A stretch of DNA of 19,778 bases from assembly GCA_044356455.1 (NCBI GenBank), contig JBIKWF010000082.1, positions 1-19,778 of the forward strand, written 5' to 3'. The position numbers were made by a program, and so were the translations under genes. The DNA comes from Bdellovibrionota bacterium (GTDB taxonomy: Bacteria; Bdellovibrionota_C; UBA2361; JBGSMV01). The notes beneath the pieces were generated by a model, which made no database searches, was not told where the DNA came from, and worked only from the letters and a program-made list of their open reading frames with translations. Of the stretch, positions 8,569 to 16,559 are shown one piece after another; the first letter of the stretch is position 1, and the number at the start of each line of letters is the position of its first letter.

Positions 8569-9143
8569 CTTTTCGACTCCTTCTCTTGCCTGGCTCTCTC
8601 CAGCCTTGAGGACGAAGAGTACAAACATCACAGGGTCTCACGCTGAGACCCAAAACCTTTGATGCCGCACTCAACTCCCCAACCCAAACTGAGGCGCGGA
8701 GAAAATGTCCGCGAAACTCCTCGGCTTGAGTTGAGGTTTGAGTGCTCTCTGCACTACCCGTAACCAGCTAATGTTAAAGAACGCAGGACAAAACCTATTA
8801 CTCCAGCCCAGGAGTAGCCCCAAAACCGGCGGTGCTCAAGAGCAACTCACGATTGATGCTCTTTTAAGGATGATGCAGCGCATGCTGTTTCTCAAAATTC
8901 GATAATAATCTCTCTGATGTTGACTCCCGCTGACTCCCAGAGGATTTCTGGGAGGAAAACGGGGGGAGAAACTCATGTGGGCGGCCTAGAGTAAGGGTAA
9001 AAGACCCCTTAGGCAAATGTATCCGAGTGGAGGTTCGTTCATTTGGAAGAGTGATTTCGTATAGTTATTCTTGATTACTCTCCAGTGACCACGTAAAACA
9101 TTGGCGCCCGTGAACCAGGCTCGATCTTTTGGAGTATTGCGGT

Positions 9144-10568
9144 ATGAGATTCTTCCAAAGTTTGTATGCGGTCGCAGCGGCTACTTTCCTCTCCTTACCA
9201 CTTCTCTTTGGGGGTTCAGCTTTACAAGCTCAGTCATGCCCTGCTCCTCTCGGTGAAGGTCCGGGAAGACTTCCTCCCTGTCTTCGTCCAATTCATCCAG
9301 CCCTAAACTGCATCTCTCCTAATCTCGACGGCACGTACACGGCGAAGTGGGGATACGTCAGCGAAAATCTTTTGTGTTGTCCCTCGTATGATCTGCCAAT
9401 AAGGTCGGAAGGCGTGATTGATGATTTCTCGGGTGATTTTGATCCGCGCGTAAACTTCTTTACGCCTGCGCCAATTGACCGCGGCCAGCCCGCAACTTTT
9501 CCTCCGGGAACTCAAGCGCAGGCGTTCTCTACTACTTGGGACGGCTCGCCGCTTACCTGGACAGTTCGTTATTTTACTCTGACCCCGCCGCTATTTTTTG
9601 CGGAGGAGTCGGCGACTGCCGATGCTTCAAATATCGTAAACTACTGTGACAGTCAGCCTCCAAGTTGCAACGCAGGTGGGCCCTATGTTGCGCCGTGTGG
9701 TGGAACTCAAACGGTCGTTACCCTAAATGGTAGTGGCTCAAGCGATCCGGATTCCCCTATTAGTTATAACTGGAATGTCGTCTGTAATGGGGAGGTGCCG
9801 GTTGTTGAAGGCGCTTCTACGGTAAACCCTGTGGTGAGACTTGCTCGTCCTGGCCTTGGTCTCCCTGTTTCATGCAGCGCTTTGCTGACCGTGAGTGGCG
9901 GCGGCGATTCTTCTGAGTGCCAAAGCACCATCAATGTTCCGGCATGTAATCTAGACTGCCTTGGTCAGCCAGGCGGCAGCGCGCAGCTTGATCAATGCGG
10001 AGTCTGCAATGGAAGTAACTCCTGCCTTGATTGCCTTGGTGTTCCCAATGGGGGCGCCGTTCTTGATCGCTGCAATGTTTGTGCAGGTGACGGAACCTCT
10101 TGCCTTGGCTGTGAGTCTACGAATGTGGCTTCAATCCAGATCTCTCTGGATGGCGGCGCTCAAAGCCAAGAGAATTTGATTTCTCGCGGCCTTTTCCGCT
10201 ATCGCCGTGTTCTCGGAGACTCTCCAAGTTCGCGTCGCATCTCCAAGAAAATTAGAGAGCAAGCAAGGACACTTGCAAATAAGAATTGGGTTACTACTTG
10301 GGCGTATCCTTCGGTTGTTGTTTCTTGTACCAATACTCAATTCTGTGTAACCGCAAGTACCTCAAGTATTACGGATTCCTATCGCAGCGTGTCAGTGCAG
10401 CTTAGAGATTTAGGACTGGACGTGACCAATAGAACTGAGCGCCGGGCCGCAACTGCTGCGCAGCGCAGGGCCGCGCGTGGTTTGGCAAAGAAGGTGGAGG
10501 CGCAGCATCAATTGAATCTTGCTAATGTGGCGAAGCTTCCGGGTTCGACTACGAGCTGTTCTGCGTAG
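9144..10568 (+). CDS. Secreted Cys-rich multidomain protein (beta-sandwich domain, PKD-like domain, DCxG..DxCxVCxG repeats, basic helical C-terminal domain)
   Basis: GGAG RBS before the ATG at 9144 and a signal peptide ending ALQA. Motifs CISPNLDGTYTAKWGY..DRGQPATFPPG, NAGGPY..TLNGSGSSDPD..SYNW (PKD-like), and DCLGQPGGSAQLDQCGVCNG / DCLGVPNGGAVLDRCNVCAG repeats. Confidence 0.82.
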   Translation: MRFFQSLYAVAAATFLSLPLLFGGSALQAQSCPAPLGEGPGRLPPCLRPIHPALNCISPNLDGTYTAKWGYVSENLLCCPSYDLPIRSEGVIDDFSGDFDPRVNFFTPAPIDRGQPATFPPGTQAQAFSTTWDGSPLTWTVRYFTLTPPLFFAEESATADASNIVNYCDSQPPSCNAGGPYVAPCGGTQTVVTLNGSGSSDPDSPISYNWNVVCNGEVPVVEGASTVNPVVRLARPGLGLPVSCSALLTVSGGGDSSECQSTINVPACNLDCLGQPGGSAQLDQCGVCNGSNSCLDCLGVPNGGAVLDRCNVCAGDGTSCLGCESTNVASIQISLDGGAQSQENLISRGLFRYRRVLGDSPSSRRISKKIREQARTLANKNWVTTWAYPSVVVSCTNTQFCVTASTSSITDSYRSVSVQLRDLGLDVTNRTERRAATAAQRRAARGLAKKVEAQHQLNLANVAKLPGSTTSCSA

Positions 10569-10592
10569 CGTGGCTCCTTAGGTCAGAAAGGA

Positions 10593-10709
10593 GAGATGTT
10601 TCGGCACGCCGGGGCGCGCGTCTCGCCGTCGCCTACTGGCAGAGGCGGAACGGCGCGCCCTACCCAGGGGCGTCGCATCTTGGTAGGGCGCCGTGTCCTC
10701 ACGGCGCCG
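10593..10709. repeat. Head-to-head REP pair; the first REP has a ~35-bp module inserted in its loop
   Basis: 10602-10664(-) CGGCACGCCGGGG[CGCGCGTCTCGCCGTCGCCTACTGGCAGAGGCGGA]ACGGCGCGCCCTACC and 10682-10709(+) GGTAGGGCGCCGTG-TCCT-CACGGCGCCG. Confidence 0.85.
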
Positions 10710-10739
10710 AAAGATCCCTTAGGTCGCCTCTAGCGGTTG

Positions 10740-10853
10740 TATCTCATGGGATCTTTTTGCGTCCGTGAGATTTTCCTTAAAATTGCCCATCTCGTCCCCG
10801 CGCTAAGAGCACAGCGCCGCATCCTCTGGCGAAGGCAGCCGGATGTTAGCTAG
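10740..10853. repeat. Internally deleted, decayed copy of the 1589-1831 hairpin element
   Basis: ATCTCATGGGATC..GTCCGTGAGATT matches 1589-1620. CCATCTCGTCCCCGCGCT...GGCGAAGGCAGCCGGATGTTAG matches 1741-1827. Confidence 0.75.
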
Positions 10854-10967
10854 GGAACCTCTTAAAACCTCCATTCTTAATACACCTCTGTGTACCTCCG
10901 TGCTCTCTGTGGTGAATTTCTTCATGAAAATTTCACCACAGAGGAGAGTTTCCCAGAGGTTCCGTAG
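10850..10967. mobile_element. MITE-like element family B (inverted, partly deleted)
   Basis: CTAG-GGAACCTCTTAAAA ... TTTCCCAGAGGTTCC-GTAG. The internal sequence is the reverse complement of the 7009 and 18569 copies with one arm shortened. Confidence 0.8.
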
Positions 10968-11198
10968 CTTCCTGTCAATCTATGCAAGGTGCGGCATTCG
11001 GATAAAAACTCTGGGAAACGATTGAAATTAGTCAGTCTGGAGGTCTCTCCCGCCCCTGCCACTCAGGTTAAGTCACGCAGCGGCAAAAGGGCTAATAACA
11101 CAGTTGTAATTGTTTGAGGGCTGGAGAGAAAATCATCGAATAGAAACAAGGCGCGAGTATGATTCAGGGGACGTGGCAAGAGCTTTTGCGCTTGGTGA

Positions 11199-12524
11199 GT
11201 GAGGCCTGAAATGGTGATGGTAGGTAGTGCTCATTCTCCGTCAGGCACGGCAGCGAAGGCTCCCCATTCAGTTCTGACATCGCAAGTGGTGACCCAGGCG
11301 AAGAGCTGGGACGAATTTTATAGCTGTGCATTTCGGTCAATTCACGATGGAGGACGAGCGGTTCATCCGGCCGGCGTACACAGCCTTAATCGCGGCAATT
11401 CTTGTGAAGGCTACGTCAAAATGACAAATGGACAGATAGTTCTCTGTCCAAACCCATCTGATGGCTCCGCTTCCGCAGCATTACTCATGAGTGAGCTCTC
11501 GCAAATGGTGCGAGAAAGTCCGTTCCCCTATGACTCGCTTTGTTCTCAATTTGGAAAAGTGCCAGGGCGATTGTACTTTGAAGAAATAAGGTCGGACTCT
11601 CTAATCAAGGAGGCATCGCTAAGGATTCTATCTGATTGGACCCGCGTTGCTGAACGCCTCGAGTCCCGTGGCTACACGCTTCGGTTTTATGGCACCTCGT
11701 TTAGTCTCGAAGCTATTACCGAACAGCCTGGTCCACTCAGTAATGATTCACACCCGCATCATATGCAGCGTTTTTTGGAGCTGTGTGAGTTCGTTGCGGA
11801 CAGCTACTTAGGTGCGCGAAATCCTTTGTATCCCGTGTGCACTGCGGAAGTACTTGCGCCGCTTGTGACTACGGCACTCAGCAAACTCAATCTGGGAGGG
11901 GTGCTTACGATCGGGCCTGGAGCGATGCTGCCTATTCGCTTTAGTGACTACGACGCTGATGTGGTTCTCACCTTTGAGAAGGTAAGAAGTGACGCAGGCG
12001 TCGCATATCAAGTGACCCAAGGCCAGCTCTCAAGGAATCCGGAAGAAACGCTTGCTAAGATTATGGATCCTGCGACTGCGCGGTCTTTAGTAGCGAGTAA
12101 TGTGAACGGAAACGGGGCGATCTGCGAAGAGGGGCCAGCCATGCGCGCTCTGTGCTCCTTTCTAGAGACTTTGCCCACGCATCAGCAAGCCGAGGTGAAT
12201 GCGGGGGTGCCGATCTCAATCGGACGAAATCGCGCATGTGATGTGATTCTTGAGGGAGCCTCTGTGAGCCGTCATCCCTTGACCATCTCTCAGCTGTCAG
12301 CAGGGAGCTGCTATGTGCAGTGGTCGCACGCGCCCTCAGTCTCGCTTACACAGGTTTCAAGGGACTCTTCGCAGGGCACTACAAGACAAAAATCGGAGCG
12401 CGTCTTTTTGCTCTACCCTGGAGAATCGCTTGTTGTTCAGGGCACCAACACAGCGCCCCCCTATTCCGATGGACCCGCGAGAAGGCCCGGGCGAGAATTT
12501 CTTATTGCCGCGCCGCAGAGTTAA
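11199..12524 (+). CDS. Hypothetical protein with a degenerate C-terminal FHA-like domain
   Basis: 441-aa ORF; the start is uncertain (GTG 11199 or ATG 11211/11217). ISIGRNRACDVILEGASVSRHPLTI resembles the FHA GR and SxxH motifs. Confidence 0.65.
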   Translation: MRPEMVMVGSAHSPSGTAAKAPHSVLTSQVVTQAKSWDEFYSCAFRSIHDGGRAVHPAGVHSLNRGNSCEGYVKMTNGQIVLCPNPSDGSASAALLMSELSQMVRESPFPYDSLCSQFGKVPGRLYFEEIRSDSLIKEASLRILSDWTRVAERLESRGYTLRFYGTSFSLEAITEQPGPLSNDSHPHHMQRFLELCEFVADSYLGARNPLYPVCTAEVLAPLVTTALSKLNLGGVLTIGPGAMLPIRFSDYDADVVLTFEKVRSDAGVAYQVTQGQLSRNPEETLAKIMDPATARSLVASNVNGNGAICEEGPAMRALCSFLETLPTHQQAEVNAGVPISIGRNRACDVILEGASVSRHPLTISQLSAGSCYVQWSHAPSVSLTQVSRDSSQGTTRQKSERVFLLYPGESLVVQGTNTAPPYSDGPARRPGREFLIAAPQS

Positions 12525-12651
12525 GGAACCTCTGGAAAACTCTACTGATCAACTTTGTGGTCTTTGTGGTGAGCGCTTGCATTCAAGTAGTGACCATTTC
12601 CCCTCTGCACCACAAATACCACGAAGGAAGACTTTTTCAGATGTTAACTAG
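12521..12651. mobile_element. Diverged MITE-like element family B
   Basis: TTAA-GGAACCTCTGGAAAA ... TTTTTCAGATGTTAA-CTAG, with an internal CTTTGTGGTCTTTGTGGTG / CACCACAAATACCACGAAG palindrome. Confidence 0.65.
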
Positions 12652-12662
12652 TTCTTAGAAGC

Positions 12663-12736
12663 GAGATGTTTCGGCACGCCGGGGCGCGCGTCTCGCCGTC
12701 GCCTACTGGCAGAGGCGGAACGGCGCGCCCTCCCAG
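12663..12736 (-). repeat. REP with inserted module, near-identical to 10593-10667
   Basis: 69 bp (12663-12731) are identical to 10593-10661. The GTAG end has lost one base. Confidence 0.85.
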
Positions 12737-12771
12737 AACGGCTCTGGCATATTAGCGCTCTTGAATCGCGT

Positions 12772-13956
12772 TTATCGCACCGGTGGTGGCGGCGGCATCG
12801 CTGGTATTGCCGCAGTGGGAATCGAAATTCCTTTAGCTTTCTTCTTCAGCCACAGCACAATCCCGGCAATGCCGAGCGTAATCACCGCTGCGAGCATAAT
12901 CGGATTATGCGCAATCATCGAAACGATAATCGTGAGCGACGAGAGAATTGCGGCCAGTGCAAGCGCAAAAAGGCCAATTGCCCCGCGTCCAATTTTTGCA
13001 AGTGGTGGGAGGATGCTAAGAAGAGTGGCAAGAGGATTAAGCATCACCATAAGCCCAATCCACATGATGAAAGCGCCCACTCCCCTCAGAATCCAAGCCA
13101 AGGTTCCTGCCGCATCGCGCGCCGAAGCAACAAGCTGCGCAGCAGATTTATTGCCAGCCTCGATGAGGAACTTCTCTTTGCCATTAGAAGCCGTAAACAC
13201 GGTGAATCTCGCATCGCTTGATTGCACCGCCATGATTGAAAACCTTCCTGGCCGAACCACGGAGTAGGAAATTCTTAAATCTCCAACTTGAGGACTAGCT
13301 GCGCCGGGAGAGACGGGGAGATTGAGATATCCGCCAGATGCTAAGACTTGCGAACTAAGAACCTGCTCCTGATTGATTGAAAGTTCCTCGGTGCCTGAGA
13401 GCCTTTCTACGATATCGTCCCCCTTATAGGCGCCAAATGAGGTGTTTGAAGCCCGGAACGTCGCGTCTGAATAGCGCGGAACTGGATTTGTGTGGCCTTC
13501 AGGATGTTTAAACGAGGAAGAATTCTCGCGGCCACGCTTCCATTCTTTCGTGTACGTGTAGGTTGTGCGGGTTTCGGAGGAGCCGCCAACTTTTTCCTTA
13601 GTCTCAGATTCTTCCTTCTCGACCCATTGATACATTTCAACTTGGCGCTCAAGGACCAAGTAGGGACCCGCTGCTAGAAACTCAGAATCGCCGATGGATT
13701 CTGGGGCGCTGAGGTCGGCACTTATGTGCACAAGTTTACCCGCGAGGGCGGGGTCGACTTTGTCACCTGACGCCGGGACAACCGCACGCTCCATTTCTTT
13801 GAAGGCAACCTTTTCTCGCGCAAGGTTTCCTTCGTTCCACCACAAGAGCAAGAAACTCCCGAAAAAGAACAGCGCACCAAAGATTATTCCCTTAAGAGAA
13901 TTGCCGAGGCGGCTTCCGTATCCTTGGGTGGTGACTTGGGTGAAGGTGTCGGCCAT
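12772..13956 (-). CDS. TMEM43 (DUF1625) family membrane protein
   Basis: AAGGAG RBS before the ATG at 13956. Motifs LLWWNEG, GKLVHISA, LERQVEMYQWVE, YTYTKEW, FKHPEGHTNP, PQVGDLRISY and WILRGVG, with C-terminal TM helices and a Pro-rich tail. Confidence 0.9.
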   Translation of the reverse strand: MADTFTQVTTQGYGSRLGNSLKGIIFGALFFFGSFLLLWWNEGNLAREKVAFKEMERAVVPASGDKVDPALAGKLVHISADLSAPESIGDSEFLAAGPYLVLERQVEMYQWVEKEESETKEKVGGSSETRTTYTYTKEWKRGRENSSSFKHPEGHTNPVPRYSDATFRASNTSFGAYKGDDIVERLSGTEELSINQEQVLSSQVLASGGYLNLPVSPGAASPQVGDLRISYSVVRPGRFSIMAVQSSDARFTVFTASNGKEKFLIEAGNKSAAQLVASARDAAGTLAWILRGVGAFIMWIGLMVMLNPLATLLSILPPLAKIGRGAIGLFALALAAILSSLTIIVSMIAHNPIMLAAVITLGIAGIVLWLKKKAKGISIPTAAIPAMPPPPPVR

Positions 13957-14239
13957 GAGGTGGTTCTCCTTTTTTGCGGCGCTTGAGGGGGGATTGTGGG
14001 GGGTGGGGGGAGGTAGGGGCAATCTGTTTTTGTAGGAGGAAGGAAGAGGAGGGACAACCACTAAGAACACGAAGGGGGGTGGTTAGGGGCGTATTGGGCG
14101 ATTTGGTGAATCGAGGATTCTTGGAGACATCCGAGAATAGCTAAGGAAATACAGTGAGTTATGCGCTCGCTCGTTATGCAGCACTTCTCGCTTAGGCTGC
14201 ATAACTACCAGGCAAGCTTTTGTGTGAAGGGGAGCTTTT

Positions 14240-15766
14240 ATGTTTGGTGGCAGTTTAAGAACTCAGATTGCGGTTGGAATTGCTAGTGCAGCGGCCAGTT
14301 TAGCCGCACCCGCAAACGCGAACAATTTTAGAGAAGAGCTGCAGCCTCAGCCCGCAGTGGCGCCGATGTCTCCTCCAACTACTCCTGCGACGGCAACCCC
14401 CGCAACCGCACCAGCTCACGAAATGGTGAAGATGACCATTAATGGCGCAAGTGTTGAGATGAGCAGCCGTCCGCTCGTACTCAGCAACAAAGATGATCTT
14501 GGCATCTTTGAAGCTCGTATCGTGGGCAAGAGCGCAGCGGAGACCATGGCGATTTCTGGAACTAGCCTCGCAAAGGAAGCATTTAAGATTGGCCGCCTTC
14601 CCTCGGTGAATCTTGCGACTGACTATGCAATCCCTTCACTCGCTCTCCGTGATCAGTCTGGGAAAACCGTAATCGACGGTATGAATGCGGCCGGAATTAC
14701 TGGCGCCGCAATTGCTGTTTCAAAGACTGCGGGTGAGTACGCGTTAATTGTTGATACCCCTAAGGGTAAAGAGGCAGTTTTATTCACCTCGAAAGACATC
14801 TCCACACAGAAGGTAGCCGAGTACCAAAGGGTTGTTCCCGGGGTAATGGCAGAGGCGCTCAAGCTTTATGGCGTAGATGTGAGTGGTGGCACCGCATTAG
14901 TGCCAGGCTCGGCTCCCGCGCTTCGGGCAGCCACTCCTGCTATGACACCTGATCAGCTCGCCGAGGCGATGAAGACCGCTAAGCCTTACTCGGAAACTTA
15001 CAAGGATGCGCTCAGCGGAGTGATTCCAACGAACAGCGTAGAAATTCTAAAACTCAAGGCACAGCTTAGCTCCCTCTCTCAGGCACTCGACGGCGATATT
15101 CTTGCGGTTAAGAGCGGGCAGATGTCTCCAGAGGCTCAGCTTGCAATCAAGCGTTTGCTTGGAGTAGATGCGCCAAACGCTGGCCACCTCAAAGAGGCAG
15201 AGCTTAATGGGAATGAACTTAAGATGATTGCCGGCGGACTTCTTAAGCAAGTAGAGGACGCGGGCAGAACTTCAAAGGCGGATGAGAGAAAGGCGGAGAA
15301 GGCAGCAGAAAAAGAGAGAATTAGTCCCTCGAACTCATCTTTAGGCGCGCTTCAGGAAGCTGCTCAAGGGGCGTATGCCGCTAAGTATCAGGTGGAACTT
15401 AGTGCTGTTCCTCCTCGTGCGTATCAGCGCGGAGCATTTACCACTGGTGGCACCGCGCGTGAGAAGCTTAACGAGCAAATGAATGAAGTCACCCGAAATT
15501 TGACTGGACTTGATGCGGTGATTCAAGGAACTAAGGCTGATGAGAAGACCCTTAGGGATGCCATGAAGAAGGGCATCAACGCGCAGGCCCAGGCCGCTGC
15601 GGTGCGGCTTGGAATGTCTCCAGAGGCTGCTTTGAACCTTAAACCTGAAGACTTGCAAGGTCTCGTTACAAAAGCAGATGAGCTTCAGAAGCGGGCGGGC
15701 GAGCAGGTCAAGTTGAATAAGGCTTCTCAGTCGGATATCAAGCGCGAGATGGGCAAGCTCAAATAG
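14240..15766 (+). CDS. Secreted hypothetical protein (Pro/Ala/Thr linker, Ala/Lys/Glu-rich helical C-terminal half)
   Basis: GGGGAG RBS, signal peptide ending APANA, 508 aa, no recognisable family. Confidence 0.75.
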   Translation: MFGGSLRTQIAVGIASAAASLAAPANANNFREELQPQPAVAPMSPPTTPATATPATAPAHEMVKMTINGASVEMSSRPLVLSNKDDLGIFEARIVGKSAAETMAISGTSLAKEAFKIGRLPSVNLATDYAIPSLALRDQSGKTVIDGMNAAGITGAAIAVSKTAGEYALIVDTPKGKEAVLFTSKDISTQKVAEYQRVVPGVMAEALKLYGVDVSGGTALVPGSAPALRAATPAMTPDQLAEAMKTAKPYSETYKDALSGVIPTNSVEILKLKAQLSSLSQALDGDILAVKSGQMSPEAQLAIKRLLGVDAPNAGHLKEAELNGNELKMIAGGLLKQVEDAGRTSKADERKAEKAAEKERISPSNSSLGALQEAAQGAYAAKYQVELSAVPPRAYQRGAFTTGGTAREKLNEQMNEVTRNLTGLDAVIQGTKADEKTLRDAMKKGINAQAQAAAVRLGMSPEAALNLKPEDLQGLVTKADELQKRAGEQVKLNKASQSDIKREMGKLK

Positions 15767-16094
15767 CTTGATGCGTCTTGCCTGGATTCAAGTTGTAAGA
15801 ACCTGACTCTGCCAATCTTTGGGAGCAGGCAGCGTCAACGGTGTTCCACACCGATCGTTTCAAAACGACGTTGTTTGCGCGCGGGGCTCCACTTGTGTGC
15901 TCTAGGTAATATCTGCCCCAATTATGTTTGATATTTGCATCGCGTTAAAAATCGCCCCTACTCTTCGTAACACTTCCTCGGGAACCTCCACTAAGTATCG
16001 GTGCGAGGGGAAGGTAAGGGGCGCTGCTACTTATCTCTGAACCTCGTAGGAATGCGGCAGTCTGCCGCAGTCCATGAACTACACTTGGAGGATT

Positions 16095-16403
16095 ATGAAA
16101 TCACGTACTATTGCGTCTGCTGCTCTTGCTGCTGCTGTTGCTGGTCTTTTCGCTGGTTCCGTAATGGCTGATGACCATGCTGCTAAGGCTGGCGCGAGCG
16201 CTGCTGGCCATGAGGCTGCGGCTGCTGGTGAGCATGCTGACAAGGCTGCCTGCAAGGGCAAGAGTGAATGCAAGGGCAAGAGCGAATGCAAGGGCAAGGA
16301 CGGCTGTAAGGGCGCGAGCGCTGCCGGCCACGAGGCTGCTGGTGAGCATGCTGACAAAGATAGCTGCAAGGCTAAAGAGTCCTGCAAAGCAGCTGCTCAC
16401 TAA
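16095..16403 (+). CDS. MNIO-associated RiPP precursor (bufferin/oxazolin-like) with signal peptide, His-rich and CKGKxx repeats
   Basis: GGAGG RBS before the ATG at 16095 and Sec signal MKSRTIASAALAAAVAGLFAGSVMA. The core has 6 Cys (CKGKSE-CKGKSE-CKGKDG-CK, CKAKES-CK) and 6 His. It lies directly upstream of DUF692 and DUF2063. Confidence 0.88.
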   Translation: MKSRTIASAALAAAVAGLFAGSVMADDHAAKAGASAAGHEAAAAGEHADKAACKGKSECKGKSECKGKDGCKGASAAGHEAAGEHADKDSCKAKESCKAAAH

Positions 16404-16423
16404 GAGTTAGCGACGGATTCAAG

Positions 16424-16457
16424 AAGAAAGGGGGGCCCGTATGGCCCCCTTTCTTTT
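16424..16457 (+). terminator. Rho-independent terminator between precursor and maturase genes
   Basis: AAGAAAGGGGGGCC-CGTAT-GGCCCCCTTTCTTTT: a GC stem followed by a T-rich tail. Confidence 0.8.
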
Positions 16458-16559
16458 ATGTGGCTTTCTCATTTTGCTTTCTTTTGCCTGCGGGGCGTGT
16501 TTCTCTGTTCACTTGCAAGTCCACAAAAGTGATCAACTCCTTGAGCTCATGGTGCTTGT

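Noticed and set aside
13957..14070. Pro-rich N-terminal extension of TMEM43
   Set aside because: It is an artefact of the G-rich tract. A good AAGGAG RBS precedes the ATG at 13956.
16079..16410. Alternative-frame and antisense ORFs over the precursor
   Set aside because: They are shadows of a low-complexity repeat gene. The 16095 frame has the RBS, signal peptide and operon context.
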